Part shown: piece after piece, positions 12,240-29,644 of the stretch | Layout: the number at the start of each line of letters is the position of its first letter | How positions within the stretch are numbered: the stretch's first letter is position 1 | Assembly: GCF_009914755.1 (NCBI RefSeq) | Contig: NC_060927.1 | DNA length: 64,000 bases | Reading direction: 5' to 3' (one strand) | DNA from: the human T2T-CHM13v2.0 reference genome, Homo sapiens | Notes under the pieces: generated by a model | Told to the model about the DNA's origin: nothing | The model's input: only the letters and a program-made list of their open reading frames with translations | Database searches by the model: none | Made by a program: the position numbers and the translations under genes

Positions 12240-12784
12240 TGTAGCAGGACAAGCCGCAGACAAAACTCCTCAGACACCGAGTTAAAGAAGGAAGGGGCTT
12301 ATTCGGCCGGGGGCATCGGCAAGACTCCTGTCTCAAGGGCCGAGCTCCCCGAGTGAGCAATTCCTGTCCCTTTTAAGGGCTCACAACTCTAAGGGGGTGC
12401 ACGTGAGAGGGTCGTGATCGATTGAGCAAGCAGGGGGTACGTGACTGGGGGCTGCATGCACCAGTAAGTAGATCGGAACAAAACAGGATATCTTCACAGT
12501 GCTTTTCTATCAATGTCTGTAATCTATAGATAACCGATTAGGTCAGGGGTCAATCTTTATTTTTATTTATTTTATTTTTTTTCACAATGCTTTTCTATCA
12601 ATGTCTGTAATCTATAGATAACATAACCGATTAGGTCAGGGGTCAATCTTTAACTACCAGGCCCAGGGTGTGGCGCCAGGCTGTCTGCTTGTGGATTTCA
12701 TTTCTGCCTTTTAGTTTTTACTTTTTCTTTCTTTGGAGGCAGAAATTGGGCATAAGACAATATGAGGGGTGGTCTCCTCCCTTA
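12240..12784 (-). mobile_element. Solo LTR2 (HERV-E/Harlequin, ERV1) with internal duplication
   Basis: Reverse complement starts TAAGGGAGGAGACCACCCCTCATATTGTCTTATGCCC and ends GTCCTGCTACA; 4-bp TSD GTAG at 12236-12239 and 12785-12788; several CpGs retained. Confidence 0.92.
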
Positions 12785-13219
12785 GTAGTAGCAATGGAGG
12801 TCTCTGAGTGTTTGGTATGTACAGAAAGTATGTTATGAAGGTGATAGGAGTAGGGAAAGTTCTAGTTCATGTCTGGAAGAGTAGGTATTCATAGGACTCC
12901 TTTGATTTGGCACAGGATAGCCATCAGATACAGCCACTGCAGGGCAAAGTCAAAGTCAAGAGGAGGTGGTTCAGAGTTAGAAAAGGATGAAAGGACATTT
13001 CAGGGAAATAATTATTTTTCTATTGCATATGTCTCATTCACATATCTGGTTCATTTTGAGATTGTTTTAAATAATTATGATGAGTATTTGCACAGCTCTT
13101 CATACTTTATATAGGTTTTTATTTCATTATGAAGTCTTTTTTGACTGATTTCCCAGCATCTTACCACTATACCTAGGAGTAATGTCTCCCTTCTTCATGC
13201 CCTCTCTATACTTTGTCTG

Positions 13220-14410
13220 TTATGCTCCTTTCTGTCTATGTGATCTTATTTCAGGCCCAAATTTTAAATTCCACATATTTGCCAATGACTTCCCCATTTT
13301 GTTTTTCCAGACAAGACCTCTCTTAGCTCCAGACTCTCACAGCCAACTGTCAAGGTTAGCTAGGCTTGACAGTAACAAATAAGCCTTGAAATATCAAAGA
13401 CTTGTTACAATAAAGTTTTATTTCTTGATCATGTCTCAGTCCAATGCTAGTTGAGTAGCTCTCCTTCAAGAAGTAACTTAAGGATCCAAGCTTCTTCCAT
13501 CTTTTTATACTGTCACAATACACATAAAAGGCAGTGTGGAGGATCAGGTGAGACATTACACTACTATCCATTGAGTTGCTTCATCAAATGTCTCACAGTA
13601 ATCTTCGATTCACCACTGTCTCCATATCCACTATCCCCTGCCATTAGCTCTCCTTCCAAAATGTTTCTTGAATCCATCTATGTATGATCATCCCTATTCC
13701 TATTTAATTCAAGACCCTACCATTGCTTGCCCAAATGACCATAGAGTTTCCTGCCTTTTCTCTTGCCTCTCTACAATCTAGTTGCCCACGCAGCAGCCAG
13801 AGATCTTTGTAAAACCTAAATCAGGCCCTTTCCCACCCTTACTTAAAATACTTCAGTGATTTTTCATTAAACTTTGAATAAAATAAAAACTCTTTGCTAT
13901 GTTCTACAAAAGTTTGTGTGATTCACCCCCGCTCACCTCTCCATCTTCATCTTACATCATTCTCCCCCTAACTTACTATACTTAGGTTATGTTTGCCTTC
14001 TTTATATTACTAAAATAAGATACACTTGTTTCTACCTTGGGCCTTTAAACTCATTCTTTACCCTATCTGAAACACTCTTTCTCCAGATCTTCCTGTGGTT
14101 GGTCCCATCATATTATTTGGGTCTCAGCTTAAATGTCACCTCCTCAGAAAAGCCTTCTCTGATTATTCATTCTAAAGTGGCCCCTGAATCATTTCCTGAT
14201 AACTTATAGCTCTTCTCAATGTCTAAACTTATTGAGGCATTTATTTGCTTGTCTGTTTATTGTCTCTCTCTCCCTCTCTCAATTAAAATGTAAACTTTAG
14301 AAGAACAGTGTCTTTTTGTTTGCTTGTTTACTTTTTAGCTGGTGTATTCCCCAAACCTACAATAGTCTAACACACAGGAGACTTACTAAACATCCATGAA
14401 TATGAATAAA
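13220..14410 (+). mobile_element. L2 (L2a-like) 3' portion, probably with an unrelated ~200-bp insert near 13350-13550
   Basis: cacgcagcagccagagatctttgtaaaacctaaatcagg, ggtctcagcttaaatgtcacctcctcagaaaagccttctctga; terminal atgaatatgaataaa. Confidence 0.75.
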
Positions 14411-15274
14411 CAACATCCACAACTATTTTTGCACATTTCTTACATGTCTACTTCTGTTACATTCCATGGTTCTTGAGGACTGAGTCCATCATTTTATTTA
14501 CTTTTTAAATCAGGTAGACATATTTGGATGAATCTTGAAATTGATCTGGTATATTGATCCAGTTTCTGTTGTAGAGAACAGAATCTAGTCTAGCTAGTAT
14601 AATTAGAAGGGAGCTTATTAAAGTGTAGTACAGGTTTACTAAATTTAAGAGGGCTGAGGAAATAGGCTCTGGATTGAATTTGCAAGAGTATCTCCAAAAT
14701 TTCCACTCTGGAGCCATGTCACCAAAAGAACCACTAATTTTTGTATGATAAGAAGTTACTTATTGAATTCAGAAGTTTCCACTTTAGCTGCTGGTTTCAA
14801 AATCATGGCCGCATAGCCACAAGCAGGAAGCATCCAACATCAGTAACCTTTCATAATCTTAAATCCTTTGCCCCTACTTCTGTCAGCTCCAGAGCCCTAT
14901 CAGGCCCATTACAATCCATAACAGAAAAATGAATACTCTGAATCCTGATTCTTGGTAATCAGAAAACTAGGATGCTGGGGCCTCTGTCAGAACTGCCACA
15001 AAACAACCCTCTACAAATGTGCCTACTAATGGAGGCAACAGAAATAAGACTTTCCTTGCCTGCCCCTTCCATATCTCACAGGAGGGCATTCTGATTGGTA
15101 GAATCTAAACACTCTTTGAATCCTAGCTGCAAGGGAGTTTCTAAAATGTAGTAATAGTGTGTTTTTCAGCATTCTAGTCTCTGTGGTATGGTGGGCAGTC
15201 TAAAAGAAGGATAGAAAGGATCCTGAGTGCCAATCCACTATATTCATCAAAGCTATGGTTGTTAGACCATTGTC

Positions 15275-15823
15275 ATATTAGTTTTTTATTACTGCATAAC
15301 AAATTATTTTAAAACTTAACAATTCAAAACAGAAAACTATTATTATCTCATAGTTTCTCGGGGCCAGAAACTCAAGAATGTGCTAGTCAGTGGTTCTGAC
15401 TCAGTATCTGCAATGAAATTGCTTGACTGAGGCTTGAAGATCCACTTTCAAAATGACACTCACATGATTATTTGCAGGAGGCCTCAATTCCTTTCCGGCT
15501 TTTAGCAAGAGGCTTCAGTTCTTCACTTGCTGGGGTGCTTCAATTCTTCATTTTTGTAGGCCTCTCCATGAAGCTGCTTGATTGTCCTCAAAACATGGTA
15601 TCTGGCTTCCCCAGAGCAGGAGCTCTAAGAGAGAGAACCAGGAGGAGGCCACAAGCATTTTAAAACCTCATCTTGGGGAAGTCACAGACTCTCACTTCTG
15701 CTATATTTTATTTGCTAGAAGGAAGTCACTAACTCTAGACCATTTTTAACAGAAGGGGAATTAGACTCCAACTTTTGAAGAGAAGAGTATTACAGAATTT
15801 GTGGGCATGTTTAAAAACCACCA
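15275..15823 (-). mobile_element. MLT1 (G/H-like) MaLR LTR
   Basis: tattagttttttattactgcataacaaatta...ggcttcccagagcag-like...gaatttgtgggcatgtttaaaaaccacca. Confidence 0.75.
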
Positions 15824-17539
15824 TGGTTACCTTTACCTATCAAGGGCTGACAGGGCAGGGCGATAGGGACTAGGATGGAAATTTTAATGGAGAAGGGGAG
15901 AGAGACAATAAACAGTTAAGCAAATAAATGCTACAGTGAAGGTTGACTTAGTGAGGGATGAACTTTAGGGTATGGGGTGAGTCTGATTGGTCTATGTCAG
16001 CCAGAGTAATTGTATATCCCCAGCACCTAGCATGACATAAATGCCACACTATTTAGTGGACATTAAGACTAGTGAATGAATAAAGGAAGGAATGAAGGAC
16101 TTTTTGAATAGGTAGGTGATGGCTGGATGAATACATTCTAATTTTTAGGATCCTAAATCATAATTAAACTAATCCTTCAAATATGGTGTTTCACATGGCC
16201 CATCTGGTTACATTTAGTTCTGTGAGTTGTTTCCTTAACAGTAAGACAAGCATTTCAAACACTTCACAAAATCCAAACATTGTGGAAGACTAATTTGAAC
16301 CCCTTATGCATCTGTTATTCAGAATCAGCAAGTAGAAGCCCCAGTCAAGCGCAGGTCAATCACCCCACATGCTCTAGATGTTATTAAGGAGACAGCCATT
16401 ACTTTTGAGCAGCAGAAAATGTGCTCATGCTCTTGGCTCAGTAAATTCAGATGGGAGGAAAGGTGACTGTTATTGTTCTGTCTTACTTTCTTTCTTCAAC
16501 ATACTGAATTGCTATTTTTAAAAAGTTGCTTCCTGTCTAGCAAGGTGCAGTTAATGACAGCAGCAAATTTCTCACTCATCAATCTGAACTAGCAGGTCTA
16601 AACCAGCACAGCACTTTTGAACATGCTGCTGGTGAGAGAAAACGGGATGTCAGACTGGTCATCTTTGAAAGGCTTTCTTGAATCATATGGCTAGGTTTCT
16701 GAAGAGTGAAAAACAAGCCTCGAGGTGAGGGCATTCTGTAGCTCAGGTGATGAGTTTTGAGAACTTTATTGAGCTCCCCATTAAAATGTTGGCATTGGGC
16801 ATCCAGTCTTGTGATTTGCCTCAAAGTTTCTGCTTTGAAGACACTGGATTAGACAAGCTATTATAACAGAATTTTTAAAAATCTAGATAACGTATTCTAC
16901 AGTTAAATAAAAGCATTTTCAGCATTTATTTTATTCAGCATGTATTTACTGAGCTCTTATTAGAAACTTGCTGATGTGCTAAGCCCTGAGAATGAATATA
17001 GGGTGAACAGAGAGAAAAGGCTATTGCCTCTGAGGCCCATAAAGGGCCAGCTTTTTATTCTTGGCTGAAAACCCAATACAGAACCCAAATAAGGCCTTGG
17101 ACTTTTGACCTCTACTTGGTCTGGCCCAGAACTGGAAGATAACTTGCTTTTGATAGACTCTTTGGAATGAAACCAAGGGGCCTATTGCCTAACGCTACCT
17201 CATTCGACTTGTTGCTCTACTTTCAAATTCATAAGCAAGCACTATTAAAGCTGTGACTACACGTCCTTTTCAACGAACTTGTCTCTGCTACAGGTCCTGT
17301 GACCAACACGGCAGGGCTTCGCTCCTGGTGCACCATGCTCCGCGCGGTCAGGCGGCCACAAGCCATGCTGTAACTGTCAGTCCATAGGATGAGTTGGAAT
17401 TGTCCATGCTGTAGATGGCAGGAACCTAGAAGTCGCTCTTCTTAACGGCAGACGTTATCAGGGAAGCTCGAAGGATGGCACCAGGGTCCGTTTTTCAGCA
17501 TAGTTCCCTTTGGATGTGAGCTGTGTCTCACAGTGTCCA

Positions 17540-18249
<710 letters not shown>

Positions 18250-18520
18250 TTATTTTTAAGAACAGCTTTAGATTTACATAAAAGATTGGTAAGAGCACAT
18301 AGAGTTCCCATATTTCCCCTATTCCCAGTCCCAATTTCCCCTATTATTAACATTTTACATTTTATGGTACTTTTGTTACAATTACTGAACCAATATTAAG
18401 ACATTATTATTAAGTACGGCCTGTACTCTAAGATTTTATTTTTGCCTAATGTCTTTTTCTTTTTGAGGCTTCCATTCAGGATACTTTATTACATCTAGTC
18501 ATCCTGTCTTGGCTGTGGCA
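18250..18520 (-). mobile_element. L1MC/L1MD-type 3' end
   Basis: aacagctttagatttacataaaagattg...agagttcccatat...ttgttacaattactgaaccaatatt. Confidence 0.7.
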
Positions 18521-20477
18521 GTTCTCTTACTTGCCTTGGTATCTCCCCCTTCTCCTTGTGACTTAAAATCTAGGGTTAACTTTACCAAATCAATGTGCCC
18601 AGCTCATAGTAGGAGTTGGGGAAATTATTCGTTGAATAATAAAAGCTGACTTTTGTATTCTCAGTTCATTTAATGGTTTTAGGAATGTTCCCTTCATGAG
18701 CATTTATACCTTAAACTAGAATCTGAAGCCAGAGGGGACAGTGCTCTGAGCATGAAATTACAGGTTCAGTTGTGGGGGAGGACGTAGTGATGGGGTTGGG
18801 AGAGGGAATATTGTATTTAGCCTTTGGGGACTTCATGGCACATCTGAATTCATACTATAGATGCAAGCCTCTGTAAGGTTCCACATTATGGGGCAGAACT
18901 TTGACATGATAGAGAGTAGGATGCAGAAGATAGCCATCTATGGTGGTATGTTTGGGAGGGAAAACTACTAGCCAAATAAATAATAGTGACTACGGGTAAC
19001 TTGCTTCATCCTGCCAAAGGAAAGGTAAATTTAGAAAGAGAGGGTGCAGTTCAAGTACATGATAAAAAGTTATATAGATATATTTGCATTTTTCATACCC
19101 TTTGAGGCTGGGGACAAGGGGACAAGGATTGCTAATATTGTTTATTTTGGTTTAGCTATCTATAATTAACAAATCAACGTTTAGTCCTTTACAGTTTGCT
19201 AACAGCCCCTATAACCTTTAGCACTGGAACATTCAAGACCAGTATTGTTCTAGCAAATTTTGGCTCTTTCATCATTTTACTCTGCACAAACTTCATTCTC
19301 TGGCACTAGAGGGAGATGGTGACAGGTGATTCCTGAAACTGATTGGAGTAGACAATGAAGCTCTAGAAACTAATTGTGTGTACTTTGCTGCCCTAGGGTC
19401 GTTTTAGTGGCTGATATACTCCCACCCACCACAGCATCTTTGCCAAAGAACATTGGTGTTTAGTCTTTGCCAAGAGTAGGAATTTTTAATCCTCTTTCAA
19501 GAAGACTCAGGTTTGGATAAGGCAGAGAGGCCGTCACTAGTCGTTCCCCTTCTGAAAAGAGGTGTCTGATCTTCTGTGGATCCAATCTCAGGCTCAGACA
19601 AACCATGAGCACTCCTGTGAAGCAGGCAAACCTGGACTTCCAAGTCCTAACTGTTCTTTCCCCTCATTGCTGAATTCTGATCTCTCCCTCCTCAAGTCTG
19701 CACTTATGCTAGGGTTCTTCAAAACTCACTCAGGAAAGGGCCTAACAAACCCATTTGTATCAAGATAGGAATGCCTGAAAATATTCACCCTTTGTCAAGA
19801 AGTGAACCCTTAATCATAAAGATTCAGGCCTCAATGAACTGTGTCTATGGCATGGAGGATAGATACAGTTTTAGGCAGGATCCCTTCCATCCCAGTGTTC
19901 CTGATACGTGGCTGGCCCTAAGTACCAGTTCCCTGTGTGTGACCAGAGGATTAGCACCCTGCTCAGCTGCAGTGGGTGGAAAAACCTCTCCTTTCTCAAC
20001 CAAGACTCTTCTGGATTTGTGCCATCATTTGATCCTGGGATCTTGCAGTTCTCTCAGCATATAATCAAGAAAAACAGCCATCTGTCTCACTGCCCTGTGT
20101 TTCAAATGCAAGTTTTCAATTCAGCAAACATTTCCTGAGCACCTACTTCTGCCAGGGCATGTTTAAAGCTCTGGGCTAGATTTGGTAGTGCTGACTTCCG
20201 AGATTTACAGTCTCATTAGGGAATGCATTCTTCTCTGGTAATGGAAGGACACATGAGTGTTAAGGTGAAGCTGAGGAGAGGCGCATGAATCATAAGTAGG
20301 AAGGACTGCTTCAGAGGCAGCTGGAAGTTTAGCAGTGCCTTGTTGCATTTGACAGGAATTGAGGGATGAAAGGAAAGTCATTCCTGGCAGTAAGACAGCC
20401 GTGAGGTACATACTTGGATGAAGCTATAGCTGAAGGGAGGTCAATGGAGTCAGCATCCTGGGGTCATTAAGGATGCA

Positions 20478-20680
20478 GCACTGAACTGAGATGGACCTGT
20501 GTCCCGGTTCTAGCTTCACTGCTACCTTGGACATTTTGCTGAACTTTTCCATGCCTCATTTTCCAATATGAGAAATGTGGATAATAATAGTAGCTACCCT
20601 GTAGGCTTAATGTCAGGAGTAAAAGATATTTAGGTTAAGTTCTTGGAAAAGTTCCTAGCACATAGCAGTGGCTCAAAAGG
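20478..20680 (+). mobile_element. MIR SINE
   Basis: ccttggacattttgctgaacttttccatgcctcattttcc...aaatgtggataataatagtagctacc...cctagcacatag. Confidence 0.65.
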
Positions 20681-22151
20681 TGTTCTTGTATAGTTAGGGG
20701 AACATTAGACATTGTACCAAATAAACCTCCACATTGCAATGCTTAACACAATAAATATCTATTTTTAGTCATATTTCAGTCTTATGCGGATGTTCCTATT
20801 CTCAGGGATTCTTGAATTCAATGACTTTACTGCCCCCAGGAATCTCAGTGCCCTTGACATGTAGTCAACAGCAATTGGAGTGGGGAAAACGCAACTCCTC
20901 CTAGCCTTTACATAGGCCTGAAAATAACATTTCTTTTTTTGGTGGAAACGGGTTCTGCAGCCCTAGTTGGATGCAGTAGGTAGTGAGAAACACAGTTCCT
21001 GGCTAGACGGAGGCTTCCCAGCACCTTCTCTAGGCTCAGGTTGGAGGAGCATGGGTTTAGGTGTACAGTTAGCCATCCCTGCCTCAGTTAAGATGATGAA
21101 GATGAGGAGGAGGAGGCTGGGGTTGGATCATGGAGCATCTTGGTTTACAGACTGAGGACCTAAGATGATTTTGTCTAAAGACATTAGGATTTGGGGGACA
21201 GAAATGGTATATCTCATTAGACACCATCTGAAATTCATTGCTCAGTTTTGATTTTTCCTCAGGGTGGGAGGGTGATACTTCCTGAGGCCGACAGAACAAG
21301 TGGTCATCGTGTTTTCCCTGTCATTGCTGAAATGAAGTGGGCGATGGGATTTATAGCCTATATAAGGCTTTGAGTCAGTTTATTAGAGTGAGTTCATGCA
21401 GAGGGTTAGCCAAATAGCCCTCCAAGTTGAGAAATAATAACACTGCAGCTTTATCTCTGCTTTTATCTGAGGAGCTACAAAGTACTTTACAAAGCCTGAC
21501 AGCATCCCCCTAAGGTGACTAATATTATAGCTATTTTAGCAGGGAGATTTTATCTCTGGTACAAGTTAGTATAAAGCCATTCTGGAAATACTCTGGCCAA
21601 GGTTAAAAATTCTATTTGAGAAACGGAGGCAGTTGGACACAAGCTCTGTTTCCCATTCTTCCCATTAGGGACTATATAGAAATCTGTATTTTATCATTAT
21701 GATGATTTTCCTGTTGGTATCTTTGGTACATTCCTCCATAAAGGAGACCAGTGAAGCCATTGAAACCCTTCCATACATTTTCATCAGAAAATGATTTCCC
21801 TTAGGAAACTGACCTTTCCTCCTCAGAGAAGTGACAGTCCTATAAGTTCAAGAGGTGAGAGCAAAATCTATGCTCTTAGAAAAGTTCATGCATGACTATG
21901 CCAAAAGCTTTAGTGAGACTTTGCTGTCCAAGGTGACTTTCTAGATGATCTTGTTGGTAAAAATCAGAATTTTGGCTTCTTTAGGCATACTCTCCCTGGC
22001 ATCTCTCTCTGTTTAAATGTTATTGATAATTTATGTGCTTTGGAGACAGATCTCTTTTTAGAATCCAGGCATTACCTCTCCTATCAAGGGCAATTTTTGG
22101 GGTGGAGGGCAGTTTTTCTTGTGTTCATTACATACAAAACTTGTATCCTGG

Positions 22152-22575
22152 TGCTATAGGTCCAGTCCCTCATACTCTGAGATGGATATTTGCATGCAGG
22201 GAACTTCTTGGGGAGTGGTTTTATGAACCACATACATAAGAGAGTGAAGGAAGCAGAGTTGCGGAGAGGTAGAAATTGAACTGTGAAGCAATTGTGACAA
22301 AGACCTCAGCTAGTCCTACTGGGAACTCTGGAGCTAGCATGGCCCTTCAGAGTTATTTGGAGTTGAGACAAAAGGACCTGGTTTTTGATCAGCCATTGCA
22401 GTTGATTGCCTGTAGAAGGGGGCGGAACCTTAGGCAAGGAGGCCCTCTTCAGCCAAGAGCAATTCCTTAGAGAAATTATATTGTGCATTATCAGTGGCCA
22501 TTGCCTGGCGTCTGGGGAAATGTGTGTCTTGGTCCTGAAGGGTGGCCTGGACAACACACCACAGCATGCACTACA
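22152..22575 (-). mobile_element. LTR16-family (ERVL) LTR, 3' LTR of a decayed provirus
   Basis: Reverse complement begins TGTAGTGCATGCTGTGGTG; contains gaactctggagctagcatggcccttcagagtt and ctctgagatggatatttgcatgcagg. Confidence 0.75.
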
Positions 22576-25560
<2,985 letters not shown>

Positions 25561-25739
25561 GTCTATCAGACCATCTCTTGAGAAGAAAAAGGAAAATTAG
25601 TCTATTTTTGTTGATGGGTCCTCAGTAGCAGAAAGACAAGACACCAATAATATCTCAGTAATTCAACCTGTTGCTTATTAAGTGGACAGTACAGTGTCTT
25701 GCATAGGATAAACACCCAATGGTGACAATCAGGATAATC

Positions 25740-25990
25740 ATAGCAAACCTTTATTAAATGTTTTCTGTATGCCAAACACTGTTCTAAGTTATTTTCACAC
25801 ATTAGTATACTTACCCTACAATTAGCCCTGTGTGGCAAATAGTGATATAATCCCCATTTTTTAGATGAGGAAAGTAAAATACAGCAACATAACATAAGGA
25901 AATTTCCCAAATCCACACAGCTAAGTAAGTAGTGGAGCTGTGATTTGAACCTACGCCTAATTTCAGAGCCCATGCTCACAATCAGTACAG
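25740..25990 (-). mobile_element. MIR SINE, near full length
   Basis: tatgccaaacactgttctaag...ccccattttttagatgaggaaag...cacacagctaagtaagtagtggagctgtgatttgaacc. Confidence 0.8.
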
Positions 25991-26169
25991 TATTTCACTC
26001 CAATTGCTAGCAAATGGTAGCTATTATTTTTATTGTATCTTCTAACAAGTCTCTGATATATAATAATGTTATAAAAAAAGGACTTTGTTAGAATTTACAT
26101 TTGAATCTACATTTTAATGGATGGAGCCCATTTTAAAATAAGAAATCCTAGGTCTTTAGTGTCTTTCTT

Positions 26170-26350
26170 TAGGGATACGGCTCCCAAAATTGGTATCTGT
26201 TAGAATTGCCTGGGTACCTTTTAAAACTCCCAACACTCAGGCCACATGCCAGAACAATTCAGTCAGAATATCTGGGAGTAAGACCCAAACATCAGTATTT
26301 TTTGGAAGTTCTCCAGGTGATTACAATATGCAGCCACATTTGAGAACTGA
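26170..26350. mobile_element. MER5B-like hAT fossil
   Basis: ttagaattgcctggg...aattcagtcagaatatctggg...ctccaggtgattacaatatgcagccacatttgagaactg. Confidence 0.65.
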
Positions 26351-26509
26351 TGTTCTGGGCCCCATCTGCCACTCTGCCTCACAGCTGGGCTCTGCACTTG
26401 GCTTCCTTTCCTCTCCACAGGGTCTTCCTAAGGGAGCACATTCATTGTCTACAACTGTAATGGCTCATGTCTCTTTCTTAGTTCCCAGTCTTATTACTGC
26501 CCTACCCCT

Positions 26510-26670
26510 ATGAAGCAGACACATTATTAATTCCCATGTTTCAGAGAAATCAAGGCACTGAGATGTTATGTAACTTACCCAATGTCACAGAGCTAGGAAC
26601 TAGCAGAGCTAGGATTCGAACCTAGGCATTCTGATTCTAGTCCATGTGACTGACCATTAAACAATACCAC
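26510..26670 (-). mobile_element. MIR SINE fragment
   Basis: gtaacttacccaatgtcacagagctagg...agagctaggattcgaacctaggcattctgattc. Confidence 0.75.
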
Positions 26671-27447
26671 TACTTACTAGACATAGATATCGCCATCCAT
26701 TGCTTGAATTTTATGTGCCAAACTAAACTCCTAATTTCCCTTATCTCCAGCCTTCTGTGTCCCACCCACCCCCCAAAGATGAAAACAAATGTTGATCATT
26801 TTCTGTACTCTTTGTCTTCATTAAAGGCACCTGGTTGGTCTTTCCACCTAAAATTTAAGATTGATCCTGAATTCTTCTACTTCCTTTGCCACTTGTATGT
26901 AAGCAGTCTATCAGAACATTAGGCAGAGATAAAAATATGAGCTGACAGGAAGGACCAAGGCTTTTCTGAATGAGCAGTAGAGTCTGACTAAAGTGAGGAA
27001 GTGGGTGTAGAAAGTCCAGTAAGAGCTTCATGGAGGAAGTGAAGAGTAATTAAATACTAAAATCCAATCAGTTGTTACCTCCTATTGATTCTGCTTCTTC
27101 AAAATTTCCCACATCTGTCATTTCTCCATTGTCACTACCATTGCCCTAATTCAAACCTCCATTCCCTCTCTTCTAAGCTATTGCTCTAGTTTTTAACTAT
27201 TCTCTCCTCCCTTCAATCTGTCTTTGATCCAGTTAAAGCTGGCTGAAACACAGGTCTGGCCATGGCATCCGAGCCTTCCCTGGATCAGCTGGTGAGAGGA
27301 ACATTTCCAAATGTAGGGATAATTTGCATAGAATATTAGAAAACATAGAAAATAATGTGCATTGATCCAACAGATTTTCTCCTGAAGGAATAGAGACTAT
27401 GCAAATAAAAAGTCTAGTTATACCTTGCAGATCATAGGATCCAGAAC

Positions 27448-27790
27448 AAAGGGTCACAAACTCAGTTGCTTACAGGGCCAAGTAGGAGAGTATGGGGATT
27501 AAGAGAGATGGGGGAACTGAGACAAACTGCAGAGTTGTAGCCCTGTGCAAAGGGAGCAGCTACTCTCAAGTAAGCACATTGTTACCTTGTGGTACTGTGG
27601 ACCCAATGTGGTCAGCTTTTCCTGTTTTTTTTTTTAATCAGAAGCAAGAAATTCAATTTTAATATGATGTCTTTTGGTTTTTAAATGTTAGAAACCAAAT
27701 CAAAAATTTTTTTTTACTATTATAGCACACACAAACAAACCATGCCCATGGGCTGATGTGTTCTGTGGCCTCTAGTTTGCAACCAGTGGT
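27448..27790. mobile_element. hAT-Charlie-type fossil (MER102/MER113-like)
   Basis: Degenerate TIRs gggtcacaaact...agtttgcaacc. Confidence 0.5.
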
Positions 27791-28888
27791 CTAAGGAAGG
27801 TTGTTTTCTCCTCCATGTACTCTGATTCTCTGGTTGAATTATAAATACCCTGAGGCCATGAATTTTAAAAGTAGGTCGTAATGAAAAGTGCTTTCTAGCA
27901 ATCTCTGAAATGAGCCTTTATCCTATTAAACAAAGAATGTGTGGCAGAAATTGGGAAGTTTCCTCAATGGTTATAGGGTAACTAGATGGACTGTGAAATT
28001 TTAATCAAGTAGAAAAGCATGTGTACTATGCTTTTTTCTGTACCACCATTTCCTTGCAGAGGCAAGTTTCTCTGATTCTGAACAAATGGAAAAGAAGAAG
28101 GGAGAAAATAATGATACCTAACATTACTGAGCATCTAGTATATGCAAAGCATGCTGGTTGGTAGAATAAATATGGTTTTTAGAAATGTACCTGAGGGAGC
28201 ATTTACTTCCTGAGTGTATTCTTCATATAAGCAATAGGCTGACATGAGGATGTGAAGAAAATGATGAAAAGCTATTATCTTTGCCATTGAGATACCAGTA
28301 GTTAGACTGTTAGGTAAATGGAAAAGAGAACAATTTCTTTCATCAAAAAAGGGAGTTCAGTGAAATAAAGTAACTCATCAGAGACCACATAGCTAGGAAG
28401 GGGATGAGTTAGACCACTTGCCTGTTAAGACTGTCACATGAAAGGTATTGGCTGGAAAGAGCCTATTAATGTGTCTTGGCTTCTTTTTGCTGTATTAGAC
28501 AAGATAATCAAGCAAAAATTGGTTGGTATGAGATTCAAAATGGAAGGAAATGTAGAAATTTAGAATCCAGGAACTGGGGGCTTCACTGGGCTTTAAAAGC
28601 CAACTGCTTCTGAATTTAAGTAAAAAAAGAGAGACTGAAGAATACATTGAACAATAGAGTCTTGGAAAATCTTTGCAGTTTGATCAGACAGATTTCCAAC
28701 TCATGATCTTCTCTTCTTCTGGGTATCTGCCTCCATTTACCTGGCACAGTCAGAAGAAGGATTAGACCCTTTAAGAAATATTCACTTAGAATATTCAAAG
28801 AAATGTGGAATTCTCCTATTTCTGGATTCAGATGTCTAAAACAGGAAACATTGTGGTGGTAAGTTTAACTGTTGTGTATTCAGATAGT

Positions 28889-29371
28889 TGTAGTAGGCAG
28901 AATAATGGCCCCTCAATGGTTTTGATACCTTAATCTTCCCAGGAAGTGAATATGTTATATGACCAAACAGACTGCAGATTTGATTAAGAACCCTAAGACC
29001 AGGAGATTATTCTGCATTATCTGGGTTGGCCCTAAATGTAATGACAAGGTTCCTTAAAGGAGTCAGAGAAGATGTAATGACCAAAGCAGGTGTCATAATT
29101 AAAGAAAAAGTTGAAGATGATGCACTATTGTCTTTAAAGTTGGAGGAAGGGCCCACAAGCCAAGGAATGTAGGCAGCCACTATGCACTGGAAAAGAAACA
29201 GATTCTCTCCTAAGGCCTCCAGGAGAAACAGAGACGCTTAATACCTTCATTTTTGCCCAGTGAGACCCATTTTAGACTTCTGAGCTCCAGAACTGTAAAA
29301 GAATAAATTTGTGTTGTTTTAAACTACTAAGTTTGTGGCAGTTTATTACAGCAGCAATAGGAAAAAATACA
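28889..29371 (+). mobile_element. MLT1D-like MaLR solo LTR
   Basis: TGtagtaggcagaataatggcccc...ctccagaactgtaaaagaataaatttgtgttgttttaa...cagcagcaataggaaaaaataCA. Confidence 0.85.
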
Positions 29372-29644
29372 GTTAAAGCGACAATCATTGATGTGGCGGG
29401 AGGAAAGCTGGTCTCTATCTTGATTAGATGGGTTATGAGGGTACTACTCAGAAGAAACATTCATCTGGAGCTTACAGGAGGGACCAAGGCTTTTCTGAAA
29501 GAGCTAAAACCTTAAACCATTATGTGTGGAGCAGTCCTGGACCCATGATACTGGGTCACAATGGTCTAATGATTAGAGTATAAATCTCAGTATCTTCAAA
29601 GTAGTCCAGTTACAACTTAGAGAAAAGGACACCAAGACCCACAG

